Part shown: positions 37,760 through 46,870 of the stretch, one piece after another
Numbering within the stretch: position 1 is the stretch's first letter
Layout of the letters: every line of letters begins with the position of its first letter
Notes under the pieces: generated by a model
Database searches by the model: none
Seen by the model: only the letters and a program-made list of their open reading frames with translations
What the model was told of the DNA's origin: nothing
Virus record (IMG/VR): IMGVR_UViG_3300021185_002167
Coordinates: 32,001-96,000 of that record
Direction: 5' to 3' (one strand)
Length of the DNA stretch: 64,000 bases
DNA from: a virus
Translations under genes and position numbers: made by a program

Positions 37760-37938
37760 TAAAAGAAGAATATAGAGACGCTACTCCAGAAGAAGTTGAT
37801 GAATGGCAAGACACAGATTATTTTATGAAAGGTGACTTTGACCCATTACAACTCTTTGTAGTTATACCAACAATTGTACAAATATTCATGTTTGGATCGA
37901 TGCTTTTAGTATTTAAACTCAACGATGCATATTTTTAA
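37756..37938 (+). CDS. Small membrane protein
   Basis: Acidic N-terminus and a C-terminal TM. Confidence 0.55.
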   Translation: MIKEEYRDATPEEVDEWQDTDYFMKGDFDPLQLFVVIPTIVQIFMFGSMLLVFKLNDAYF

Positions 37939-38094
37939 AACATATTTTAAGCTCTTACTTGGCGTGGGCTCATTAGAAAAAGAATACAACATTACGCCAC
38001 TTAACATTATTATTACTGCCTTTATAGTAGGTACACTCTTTTTAGGAATGATATTCTTATTGATTGCAGGAACATATTACATTATTAATTAATT

Positions 38095-38769
38095 ATGAAA
38101 TTTTTACACGAACCTAAAGATTTAGGTTACAACGATTTAGAAGCCGTCACAGGCGACAAGGGAAGGTTTTACTCAGATCCCGAAGGAAATAAGTACGCTT
38201 CAGTTACTACAGTCCTTTCAATACTATCAGAAGAAGCGATACAAGCTTGGAGAGCAAGAGTTGGCGAAGAAGAAGCCAATAGGATATCTCGTCAAGCAAG
38301 TTCTCGTGGAACAACAGTCCATAACATAATAGAAAAATATGTAGCAAATGACCCTGAGTATATCAAAGGAGAAATGCCACATAACGTTCAAACCTTTAAG
38401 GATATACAACCTGTCTTAGATGAGAGTGTTACAAAGGTATATCAACAAGAAGCTCCGCTTTATTCTAAACACTTAGGTTTAGCTGGAAGAGTTGACTTAG
38501 TCGGTCAATGGAAAGGCGTAGATTCTATTATTGATTGGAAGACATCACGTAAGTTAAAAAAGAAAGAATGGATTAGTTCATACTTTATGCAATGCGCAGC
38601 TTACGCGATTATGTGGGAAGAAAGAACTGGCATGCCAATAAAACAATTAGTTGTTTGTATTGCTGGTGATGAAGGTTCACAGGTCTTTGTTGAAGATAGA
38701 GACAATTGGACAAAAGATTTAATTAATACTATTAATGAATATAAACGTAGAAAACTATTCGGGAGATAA
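38095..38769 (+). CDS. PD-(D/E)XK exonuclease (Cas4-like/exonuclease V-like)
   Basis: SVTTVL, RGTTVH, AGRVDL, IIDWKTS and YFMQCAAYA. Confidence 0.88.
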   Translation: MKFLHEPKDLGYNDLEAVTGDKGRFYSDPEGNKYASVTTVLSILSEEAIQAWRARVGEEEANRISRQASSRGTTVHNIIEKYVANDPEYIKGEMPHNVQTFKDIQPVLDESVTKVYQQEAPLYSKHLGLAGRVDLVGQWKGVDSIIDWKTSRKLKKKEWISSYFMQCAAYAIMWEERTGMPIKQLVVCIAGDEGSQVFVEDRDNWTKDLINTINEYKRRKLFGR

Positions 38770-38770
38770 A

Positions 38771-38977
38771 ATGGCAAACTATAAAGATAAAATAATACAT
38801 ACACTTAAGGTTCATGCTGCAGCTCATGTACAGAAACATATAATGAATGCTAACATTCTTATGGGTTCTCATGTCGGTGTTGCTGAACATCCGGATTTAA
38901 TTGAGACCATTGAGAAAGAATTGATGGAAGCAGCTAAATACCAAGATGTATTAGATATGGTGGAAAAGCATCTATAA
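38771..38977 (+). CDS. Conserved small phage protein
   Basis: GGAG SD before ATG 38771; VGVAEHPDLIETIEKEL. Confidence 0.7.
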   Translation: MANYKDKIIHTLKVHAAAHVQKHIMNANILMGSHVGVAEHPDLIETIEKELMEAAKYQDVLDMVEKHL

Positions 38978-38989
38978 GCATAAAATTCT

Positions 38990-39030
38990 TATAAATAGAT
39001 ATTTACATTTACAAAAAAGTATGGTATAAT
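38990..39030 (+). promoter_or_regulatory. Tandem late (TATAAATA) and sigma70-like promoters
   Basis: TATAAATA at 38990-38997; TTTACA(39002)-17-TATAAT; 6 nt to ATG 39037. Confidence 0.8.
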
Positions 39031-39036
39031 ATATCT

Positions 39037-39642
39037 ATGAAAAAGTTTAACGAGTTTTTAGCAGAAAGAGCAGGTAAAGGATTAACAATATTTGATATTG
39101 ATGATACTATGTTCGTATCTAAAGCTCGTGTAATTGTAAAAAATAAAAATACTGGACAAAGTAAACCACTTACTCCAATGGAGTTTAATAGTTATAAACT
39201 ACGTAAGAACGAAGAATATGACTTTGGTGAATTTAGATCAGCTAAAATATTCTATCAAACAGCAACTCCAATTGCTCGTATGGTACAAAAGGCGAAAGCA
39301 ATTATAAGTAACGCAACCAAAAAAGGTTCAAAGGTTATTGTTGTAACTGCAAGAAGTGATATGGATGATAAGAATCTCTTTATCAAAACTTTTGAAGCTC
39401 ATGGTATACCAATGAAAAATGTATACGTTGAGAGAGCTGGTAATATGAGTGGTAGTAGTGCTGAGAATAAAAAAGTAATATTTAGAAAGTATTTAAAAAC
39501 TGGTGAGTATGCAAGAATAAGATTATTTGATGACCACAAAGAAAACTTAACTGCACTACTTGATTTGAAAAAAGAGTTTCCTTCAGTAGAAATGTTTGCT
39601 TATTTAGCAGATTTAAAAGGAAGCGTAAAGAGGATTAAATAA
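39037..39642 (+). CDS. HAD-like phosphatase with capsid-targeting-like N-terminus
   Basis: MKKFNEFLAE start; FDIDDT, VTARS and LFDD. Confidence 0.75.
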   Translation: MKKFNEFLAERAGKGLTIFDIDDTMFVSKARVIVKNKNTGQSKPLTPMEFNSYKLRKNEEYDFGEFRSAKIFYQTATPIARMVQKAKAIISNATKKGSKVIVVTARSDMDDKNLFIKTFEAHGIPMKNVYVERAGNMSGSSAENKKVIFRKYLKTGEYARIRLFDDHKENLTALLDLKKEFPSVEMFAYLADLKGSVKRIK

Positions 39643-39845
39643 TGTCAATAAAATTAGGCAAAAGCATAACAACAAGAGATAGAAATACTGGTAAATTAAC
39701 AACTGAGCATTCATATATAAAAATGATTGCAATAAAGGAATTAATTGAGAAGTTTAATAACGCTAATACTCGTAAAAGAGATAAACAAAAAATTAAGAAC
39801 GAGTTAGTCAGGAGAGGTGGAGTTGTCTTCCAAGAAATTAGATAG
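39642..39845 (+). CDS. Small basic protein
   Basis: GAGG SD; TAATG coupling. Confidence 0.6.
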   Translation: MSIKLGKSITTRDRNTGKLTTEHSYIKMIAIKELIEKFNNANTRKRDKQKIKNELVRRGGVVFQEIR

Positions 39846-39970
39846 GATTAAAGAAGTTCTTAATTTAAAAGAATATCGCAAAAAACAAAAAACAAAATTT
39901 AGAAAAAAACTTCTAAGTATTGTTTTAGCTATTGCATTAATAGCAGGTGCGATAACATATTGGATATATT

Positions 39971-40153
39971 ATGGATAGTAAGAAGCAATGGCATGGTGGA
40001 AAAGGTTCTGGTAGAAGAAGTACTGCAAATGATAACGCATACGGAGATAACTGGGATAAGATATTTGGTAAGAAGAAAAAAGAAACAATAACTGAACCAA
40101 CACCAAAAGGTATACCTTCAGCGTATAAATATAAGTATAAAACAAAGGAATAA
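39971..40153 (+). CDS. Small basic protein
   Basis: WHGGKGSGRR..YGDNWDKIFGKK. Confidence 0.65.
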   Translation: MDSKKQWHGGKGSGRRSTANDNAYGDNWDKIFGKKKKETITEPTPKGIPSAYKYKYKTKE

Positions 40154-40154
40154 T

Positions 40155-40421
40155 ATGAGTATAGATATAGACCAATTTGATTTCGGCTTTACAGCTGTTG
40201 ATGAAAATGAACTCGAAGCAGTACAAAAGTTATCAACTCAAGCTTCAGCAGTATCAGAATCTGCTGAACAAACAGAAGAGAAATTAAATAAACTCTATAA
40301 TGCCATATTACCTTTACTTAGTAATTTAAAAGCAAACCCAGAAAAAGATTATATCTACTGGCCAGGAAGAACTGAAAAGGTAGAAGCTTTTGAGGATATG
40401 ATATCGGAGATAATTAAGTAA
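40155..40421 (+). CDS. Conserved hypothetical protein
   Basis: FDFGFTAVDE and LKANPEKDYIYWPGR; late promoter at 40124. Confidence 0.7.
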   Translation: MSIDIDQFDFGFTAVDENELEAVQKLSTQASAVSESAEQTEEKLNKLYNAILPLLSNLKANPEKDYIYWPGRTEKVEAFEDMISEIIK

Positions 40422-41095
40422 TGGCAATAGGAACAACTAATATTTCGTTAGCTAACATTTATGGAGAAGTAAATAATACGCTTCCAGGTGGTACTAATGT
40501 TTCTTTACAAACACAATCTCAAAATGCTGGAAATACTACGCATACATCTACTATATCAGGTTACACATCTCCGGGTGGTGGTATCACAGGTGCTCCATTT
40601 GGAATGGGTGAATTTGGTGGATATGTAAATACGTACGCAACCACTTCACATACTTCTATATCTGCTGACAGTTTTGAAAGCGATTCAAACGCTGAAGCAT
40701 TTATAAGATGGAACGTTCAATACAATAGCTCAGGTAATATTAGAGTTTATGTAACTGGAGGAGATACCTTATCACCTACTTCTGCTACAACTGTTTATCT
40801 TATAACAAACCCTGCTGCTGGATATACCGTACGACATGGAACTTTTAGTCATTCTGGTAATGACATACCGAGTACAAGTGGAACTATATCTGCATCAGCA
40901 AGTACAATATTAACAGCTCCAGGTTCAACCTCAATAAGGCTTCTTATTGAATCAGGAGGCGGTTATGACGATGTAGGTTTTGCATCTGCTACCGGTAGCG
41001 GTTCACTCATATTTGAAAAGAGTGGTAGTCCCACATTTACATATAGCTTTACATATGATATGACTGCTGAAACTGAAGGTTCAGGCGGCCAATAA
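40421..41095 (+). CDS. Ser/Thr/Gly-rich putative virion surface or fibre protein
   Basis: Beta-rich STG composition; NISLANI..E..N and PFGMGEFGGY N-terminal pattern. Confidence 0.55.
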   Translation: MAIGTTNISLANIYGEVNNTLPGGTNVSLQTQSQNAGNTTHTSTISGYTSPGGGITGAPFGMGEFGGYVNTYATTSHTSISADSFESDSNAEAFIRWNVQYNSSGNIRVYVTGGDTLSPTSATTVYLITNPAAGYTVRHGTFSHSGNDIPSTSGTISASASTILTAPGSTSIRLLIESGGGYDDVGFASATGSGSLIFEKSGSPTFTYSFTYDMTAETEGSGGQ

Positions 41096-41131
41096 ATAAA
41101 ATAACAATATATAAAGACCACAGGAGTTAAA

Positions 41132-41572
41132 ATGAATATTGAACAATTAAAAGAAACACTAAAAATTGACGAAGGAGTAGTTTATGAAATTTATAATGAC
41201 CATCTTGGTTATCCAACATTTGGAATTGGTCACCTCGTTCTTGAACGGGACGGAGAACATGGGTTACCGGTGGGTACTCCAGTCTCAGAGGATAGAGTTA
41301 GCGAATGCTTCGAACAAGATGTACAAATAGTAATAGAAGATTGTAAAAAATTACACGACGGATGGGATGGATATCCTCAAGAAGTGAAACAGATCATTGC
41401 GAACATGATGTTCAATATGGGACTTACGCGCTTAAGTAAATTTAATAAACACAATGCAGCGCTGCAGTGTGGTGATTGGAAGGAGGCTGCTATAGAAGGC
41501 AGAGATTCAAGATGGTACAAGCAAGTAACAAACAGAGCCGAGAGGCTAATGAAAAGACTCGAAGAGGTATAG
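41132..41572 (+). CDS. e: T4-type lysozyme (GH24)
   Basis: DEG...YNDHLGYPTFGIGHL, NMMFNMG and DSRWYKQVTNRAERL. Confidence 0.9.
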   Translation: MNIEQLKETLKIDEGVVYEIYNDHLGYPTFGIGHLVLERDGEHGLPVGTPVSEDRVSECFEQDVQIVIEDCKKLHDGWDGYPQEVKQIIANMMFNMGLTRLSKFNKHNAALQCGDWKEAAIEGRDSRWYKQVTNRAERLMKRLEEV

Positions 41573-41657
41573 AAGCGAACTATAAAGGACGTTTTTACTG
41601 CCATGAGAGAAAGGATTATTTCCCTTGGAAAGAATTCGTTAACTATAAATATAATAA

Positions 41658-41975
41658 ATGATGGAGGTAAATATTATGGATATATCATTCATAGTGATTG
41701 TTGGAGTCGTGGTAGCCATAGTTGGTTATGCAATATACGATTCAATGAAACCCGGTTCAGGAGTTAGAGCAAGAAATGAAAAGGGACATTATATAAAAGA
41801 TGACCCTACTACTGCTAAGAACGAAGCTTTCGTAGATGGTAAAACACCACCTAAGAAAAAGAAAGCTCCGGTCAAGAAAAAGCCAGCGGCTAAAAAGCCT
41901 GCAGCTAAGAAAACAGTAGCTAAGAAAGCTCCTACGAGAAAACCTAGGGCAAAGAAAACTACGACAAAAAAATAA
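41658..41975 (+). CDS. Membrane-anchored protein with histone-H1-like Lys/Ala/Pro tail (start probably 41676)
   Basis: Late promoter at 41644; GGAGG SD; TM; repeated KKPAAKK units. Confidence 0.7.
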   Translation: MMEVNIMDISFIVIVGVVVAIVGYAIYDSMKPGSGVRARNEKGHYIKDDPTTAKNEAFVDGKTPPKKKKAPVKKKPAAKKPAAKKTVAKKAPTRKPRAKKTTTKK

Positions 41976-41998
41976 TTTGCAAATTAGTTTTTATAAGA

Positions 41999-42022
41999 GG
42001 GGACTTTAAAGTCCCTTTTTTT
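41999..42022 (+). terminator. Rho-independent terminator
   Basis: GGGACT-TTAA-AGTCCC followed by T7. Confidence 0.88.
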
Positions 42023-42045
42023 ATGTGTCTTAGCCTTCGAGCTAT

Positions 42046-42053
42046 TATAAATA
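42046..42053 (+). promoter_or_regulatory. T4-type late promoter heading the curli-like operon
   Basis: Intergenic TATAAATA directly after a terminator. Confidence 0.8.
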
Positions 42054-42086
42054 ACCATATAAGTTAATTTATAGGACAATAATAAC

Positions 42087-42338
42087 ATGGCAACAGTAAA
42101 ACTTAAAGGATCAGAAACTAATTTAGCAACTGATACTAACGTTAATTTCGCTACATTAGTAAGAGTAGTAAATAATAAAACATCAATTCAGCTTATAACT
42201 ATAAAAGATGCTGGTGGTAGTACTAAAGGTACATTTACAATGACAGCTGGTTCAGTAGAATTAGTTGAAAAAACCGCAACTGATACTCTTTTAGGAGCTG
42301 CAACATCATTAGCAGTTAAAGTAGCATTCACTAAGTAA
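42087..42338 (+). CDS. Small beta-rich hypothetical protein
   Basis: AGGA SD; ATLVRVVNN. Confidence 0.7.
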   Translation: MATVKLKGSETNLATDTNVNFATLVRVVNNKTSIQLITIKDAGGSTKGTFTMTAGSVELVEKTATDTLLGAATSLAVKVAFTK

Positions 42339-42634
42339 TGGGTGAAATATTTACGCTTATATCCGATCTAGGATTACCTATTGCGGGTGCTCTAGTAATG
42401 GGATATTTTATATTTGTTATAATAAAGCAAATACTTGAAGGCGTTGTTGATGACATAAACACTCTTACAATGTTTTGTTCATCACTTGAGAATAGAGCAA
42501 GAACAATGAGTAATGAAATGATTAAAATAGATTTACTTGTAAGTAGTGCATTGGAATTAAGACCCGATGTCGAAAGAATAGCTAGGGCAGAAAATTTTAT
42601 TGAAGATGGAAAGCTCGACGTAAGAAGAGATTAG
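42338..42634 (+). CDS. Membrane protein (TM plus coiled coil)
   Basis: LGLPIAGALVMGYFIF; resembles the next gene. Confidence 0.7.
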   Translation: MGEIFTLISDLGLPIAGALVMGYFIFVIIKQILEGVVDDINTLTMFCSSLENRARTMSNEMIKIDLLVSSALELRPDVERIARAENFIEDGKLDVRRD

Positions 42635-42635
42635 T

Positions 42636-42905
42636 ATGGAACTGGAAATAGCTGATATAGTAGGTAAGTATGGATTTCCAACTGTCATGGTTGTAGGTTT
42701 AGGATATTTTGTATATTTTGTTTATAACTTTATACAAGAACATTTAGACCCTGCAACAGAAAAAATGCATTTTCAATTAATAAAAGTGATTGACCAAATG
42801 AGAATGTTAGACCAAGACCTTATAAGATTACAGCAAAAAGTAGATACAGTATTGGAATATAAAGAAAATGAAAAGAAAAAACAAGATAGAAAAGATGAAG
42901 TATAA
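42636..42905 (+). CDS. Membrane protein (TM plus coiled coil)
   Basis: YGFPTVMVVGLGYFVYF; LIKVIDQMRMLDQDLIRL. Confidence 0.7.
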   Translation: MELEIADIVGKYGFPTVMVVGLGYFVYFVYNFIQEHLDPATEKMHFQLIKVIDQMRMLDQDLIRLQQKVDTVLEYKENEKKKQDRKDEV

Positions 42906-43407
42906 AGCAGAAGCATTTACCTTAATGGGAATATTTATTTTGTCGATATCAAGTCTTGGTGTAAGTGCTGCAGAGATAGTACATAAATTTAAAAATCCTT
43001 CCTTTAGTGGAATAGGTACTGCTTCTCATTATCTTACTGTAGAGAATCAAGAATTCTCTCGTAAGAAATCTATAGAAGAAGCATTAGCTGCAGCAGAAAA
43101 AGCAGCGCAAAGAGAAGCTGAGAATACTACTCTTGCTAAGTTTATAAGAAACTTGGAAAGTAGAATATATGCTCAAATGTCAAAACAACTTGTTGAGAGT
43201 ATGTTTCAAAATGATGGCGCAGTAAGATTTGGTTCCTTTACATTAGAAGGATCAGTCGTTACTTATGAAGTGATAACCAATGAAGATGGTTCAGAATATA
43301 TTAAAATGTCTATAATCGATGCAAATGGAACTGAAACTGTTATTCAAATTCCTATAGGAACAGGTTACTTCGGGAGCGATTATGGTACGTCAGCTGACGG
43401 CGGTTAG
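42868..43407 (+). CDS. csgF: CsgF-like curli assembly protein
   Basis: Signal peptide, then HKFKNPSFSG, FIRNLESRIYAQMSKQL and GTETVIQIP; directly upstream of csgG. Confidence 0.8.
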   Translation: MKRKNKIEKMKYKAEAFTLMGIFILSISSLGVSAAEIVHKFKNPSFSGIGTASHYLTVENQEFSRKKSIEEALAAAEKAAQREAENTTLAKFIRNLESRIYAQMSKQLVESMFQNDGAVRFGSFTLEGSVVTYEVITNEDGSEYIKMSIIDANGTETVIQIPIGTGYFGSDYGTSADGG

Positions 43408-44299
43408 TCTTTCAATAGCCCTATTATCTAGTTGCGCAGCTGTACCTAGATACTCAGAAAATCCTCAGGATTGTAATAAAGATACATGGGGCGAACAGTA
43501 TGACCATGACCTATGGAACTATGCAAAAGCTTCAGGAAGAACATTTGAAAGAGCAATACCGTTTATATGTGTTGACGCACCTGAAGTTGTTAAGTTACCA
43601 TCATTTATAAAACTACTACAACTTCCACCAGCTGAATCTAAACCAGTAGTTGCAGTTTACCAATTTGCAGATAAAACTGGTCAAAGAAAAGCAAGAGAAG
43701 GTATAGCCGATTTTTCTACAGCAGTTACTCAAGGTAGTACTGAAATGTTAATTGATGCTCTTAAAAGCGCAGGTAATGGTAGTTGGTTTAGAGTTGTAGA
43801 GAGACAAGGATTAGATAACCTTGTAAGAGAAAGACAAATTATTAGAAGTGCTCGTCAAGATATTGCAAAAGCAAAAGGCGAAGAAGAAGCACAAGGTATA
43901 CAACCACTATTATTTGCTGGAATGATAATAGAAGGTGGTATAATAGGTTATGATACAAACATCCTATCCGGTGGCCGTGGAGCTAGAACGTTAGGTATAG
44001 GAATAAGCAGACAATATCGTAAAGATGTTGTAACAGTTTCAATTAGAGCAGTATCTGTTCTAACTGGAGAAGTTTTATTAAACGTCCAAAGTAAGAAAAC
44101 TATCTTATCTTATGGAAGTGGCGGTGATATTTTTCGATTTATCGAAGAAGGTACACAATTGATAGAGTATGAAGACGGAGTGGGTAAAAATGAGTCAGTG
44201 ACATACGCAGTACGAACAGCCATCGAGGCCGGAGTACTGGAATTAATCAACCAAGGTCATGATAGAAGATTTTGGAAAATAGAAGGAAAAGAAACATGA
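43382..44299 (+). CDS. csgG: CsgG curli secretion channel lipoprotein
   Basis: Lipobox LSSC; VAVYQFADKTGQRK, FSTAVTQG, WFRVVERQGLDNLVRERQIIR and EGGIIGYDTN. Confidence 0.93.
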   Translation: MVRQLTAVSLSIALLSSCAAVPRYSENPQDCNKDTWGEQYDHDLWNYAKASGRTFERAIPFICVDAPEVVKLPSFIKLLQLPPAESKPVVAVYQFADKTGQRKAREGIADFSTAVTQGSTEMLIDALKSAGNGSWFRVVERQGLDNLVRERQIIRSARQDIAKAKGEEEAQGIQPLLFAGMIIEGGIIGYDTNILSGGRGARTLGIGISRQYRKDVVTVSIRAVSVLTGEVLLNVQSKKTILSYGSGGDIFRFIEEGTQLIEYEDGVGKNESVTYAVRTAIEAGVLELINQGHDRRFWKIEGKET

Positions 44300-45021
44300 T
44301 AAAATATATTTTAGGCCTAAGTTTATTTTTTAGTTTAAACTCTTTCGCAGCAGCATCTGATGATAATGAAATTAATATTGCTCAAGTAGGTGATACACTT
44401 ACTTTGTATATTGACCAAGTAGGATACGGTAACAAAATAGGACTTGATAACTTTGACAGTAGTTCAAGTGCTATGCCGATTACTGGGTCATCATTAACTT
44501 TCAATATCGACCAAATAGGTAATGAAAACTTACTCTTTGGTAAACTCACAGCAGATTCTTCATCTTACACTTTAGAGTGGAATGGTGATAATAATGTTTG
44601 GGATTGGATGATTGGAGAAACTGGTTCAGCTGATAGTTCAAACTATTTAGTTGATATAACTGGTGACTCTAATACTATGGACCTAGACCAAGGTTCATTA
44701 TTTAGTGCGGAAAGATTAAATTTTGATTTAACAGTTTTAGGTAGTTCGAACGTATTTGATGTTGACATAGAAACTGATGATGTTATATGGAACTTTGATG
44801 TTACAGGTAGCACAAATAATATTAATACTTTACAAAAAGATGGATACTATAATGAGATTAATTTTACTCTTGATGGTTCCGGAGCTGATGTAGACATTAA
44901 CCAGATATCTGGTACGTGTCCTACAGGAGTTTCAAGTTGTAAGGGTATTATAACACTTGATGTGGATAGTGAAAATGCAACAATTCAAATCAATCAAAAA
45001 GATTCAGCTAACGATAGTTAA
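44296..45021 (+). CDS. Secreted curlin-like beta-solenoid protein
   Basis: Signal peptide; repeated xxQxG..N and xxxGxxN units (IAQVG, IDQVGYGN, IDQIGNEN, ITGDSN, VLGSSN, VTGSTN). Start taken at ATG 44296. Confidence 0.7.
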   Translation: MIKYILGLSLFFSLNSFAAASDDNEINIAQVGDTLTLYIDQVGYGNKIGLDNFDSSSSAMPITGSSLTFNIDQIGNENLLFGKLTADSSSYTLEWNGDNNVWDWMIGETGSADSSNYLVDITGDSNTMDLDQGSLFSAERLNFDLTVLGSSNVFDVDIETDDVIWNFDVTGSTNNINTLQKDGYYNEINFTLDGSGADVDINQISGTCPTGVSSCKGIITLDVDSENATIQINQKDSANDS

Positions 45022-46132
45022 TCTTATACTTGTAGGGTTTGTTTCGGCAGACCCTATAGGTTCTATTGTAGAGCAGTCCGGTTCTACGCAAATTAAAAGA
45101 CAACAAGAACAAATAAAAATAACTGATGAGGTACAACCTGATATTCAGTTAAATGATGTAGCTGAAACGGCGAATGGTAAACTAAAAATAAAGTTTTTAG
45201 ATGACGCTCAATTAGATATCAAAGAACATAGTGAAGTGTTAATTGATGAAATATATTATGACCCAGACCCATCACTCTCTAAAATGTCAATGAAGTTTAC
45301 TATGGGAACAGCAAGATTTGCTTCAGGTTCTCTTGGATTAGTAAACAAAGCGAATATAGATATACAAACACCAACAGCCACGATAGGTATTCGTGGTACA
45401 GATTTTACAACAACAATTGATGAACTTGGAAGGTCATTAATTATGTTACTTCCTGATGTAAATGGCGATCCATCAGGAGAGATTACAGTTACAAACGAAG
45501 CTGGAGTTATAACTCTTAATCAAGCTTATCAAGCAACAATGGTATCTTCGTTAAATACAATGCCAACTAAACCTGTTACTATCGGTGGTATTACACCTTC
45601 AATGATTGATAATATGTTTATTGTTAATCCACCAAAAGAAGTAAAAGAAGCTATAGAAGAACAGGTAAAGGATGATTCAAATAAAGACCAAGGATTACTT
45701 GATATAGATTACTTAGAATATAACGAATTAGAAAAAGACTTTGATGATTATGCTAACGATCCTGATTATGACGCTCGAAATGGTAGGATTGATGTTGATT
45801 TTTTAGCTGGTGAATTTTTACCAGACCTTTTAGATGTTGTAGAAGAATTAATTAAAACAACTGTTGTACTTGGAGATAAACAAGGAGCAACTGGTGGAAC
45901 AGCAGGATTTAAACTTGAAGGTGCTCAACTTGGACTGAATAAGGATAGTCAATATAATATATTCTTAGAAGATTCAGGTATTGTATTCTTTAGAGATATT
46001 AATGGTGTCATAAATCTTATATTCGAAGCAGGAGCTTCAGTTAATCTTAATACTGTTGTTGATGGTTATGAAGGAACAATCACAATGAATGGTGGAGACG
46101 ATATAAATATTTACATAAGGCAGGTAAACTAA
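44957..46132 (+). CDS. FecR-domain periplasmic protein
   Basis: Signal peptide; LNDVAETANG, IKFLDD, and IQTPTATIGIRGTDF. Confidence 0.85.
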   Translation: MMWIVKMQQFKSIKKIQLTIVNLILVGFVSADPIGSIVEQSGSTQIKRQQEQIKITDEVQPDIQLNDVAETANGKLKIKFLDDAQLDIKEHSEVLIDEIYYDPDPSLSKMSMKFTMGTARFASGSLGLVNKANIDIQTPTATIGIRGTDFTTTIDELGRSLIMLLPDVNGDPSGEITVTNEAGVITLNQAYQATMVSSLNTMPTKPVTIGGITPSMIDNMFIVNPPKEVKEAIEEQVKDDSNKDQGLLDIDYLEYNELEKDFDDYANDPDYDARNGRIDVDFLAGEFLPDLLDVVEELIKTTVVLGDKQGATGGTAGFKLEGAQLGLNKDSQYNIFLEDSGIVFFRDINGVINLIFEAGASVNLNTVVDGYEGTITMNGGDDINIYIRQVN

Positions 46133-46199
46133 TGAAAGAAAAAAGAAAAACTCTTGTATCAATTTGGACAAATGGTAAAAAAACAGTGAGAGTATACTC

Positions 46200-46847
46200 A
46201 TGAAAATGATAGCATATATATGGCTTATCTCATTTTGTGCTCTTTCATTTGCAGGAGATAACCACGTACATATAGAACAAGTTGGTGGTGGAGATAATGT
46301 TGAGATTGATGTTACTCAAATAGGATATGATAATGAAATTAATTTTTCATTCGATCATCAAAATAATGTGTTTAACTTAAATCAAACTGGAAGTGGTAAC
46401 TATATTGGTTGGGTTTCCTATTGGGGTTCAGGTAAATCATGGGGTGGTGATGTTGATGGTACTAATAATAGCGAATCAGTTATGCAATTAAACGGTGCGA
46501 CTTATGGTAGACATATATGGGGAAATAGTAATGACGTTGATATATATCAGAATGGAACACATACTCATAACCTAGACTTACATGCTAATTCTGTAGACCA
46601 TGACCTATGGCAAGAAGGAAGTGGTAGTCATTATAATCATACTTATTTTTATGGCTCATCATCTTATTCAGATACAAATATAATGCAAAAAGGAACTGGT
46701 TCTCATAACTCTCAAATCACATTACAAGGTTCATATGCAACTACATTAAATATATTACAACAAGGATCGATTAATCAAGCTTATTCATTAACTCAAAATT
46801 GTCAAACAGTAGGCGGTTGTACAGTATCAATTACTCAAGGAAATTAG
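46200..46847 (+). CDS. Secreted curlin-like (CsgA/B-like) repeat protein
   Basis: Signal peptide ending SFA; repeats IEQVG, VTQIG, LNQTGSGN, IYQNG, LWQEGSG, IMQKGTG, LQQG and ITQG. Confidence 0.75.
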   Translation: MKMIAYIWLISFCALSFAGDNHVHIEQVGGGDNVEIDVTQIGYDNEINFSFDHQNNVFNLNQTGSGNYIGWVSYWGSGKSWGGDVDGTNNSESVMQLNGATYGRHIWGNSNDVDIYQNGTHTHNLDLHANSVDHDLWQEGSGSHYNHTYFYGSSSYSDTNIMQKGTGSHNSQITLQGSYATTLNILQQGSINQAYSLTQNCQTVGGCTVSITQGN

Positions 46848-46870
46848 TATAACACTTTGTATTACACTTT

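Noticed and set aside
42868-44299. csgF/csgG in a phage as a novelty by itself
   Set aside because: Already reported in marine myophages. Only the wider linkage to curlin-like, FecR and cyclase genes is flagged.
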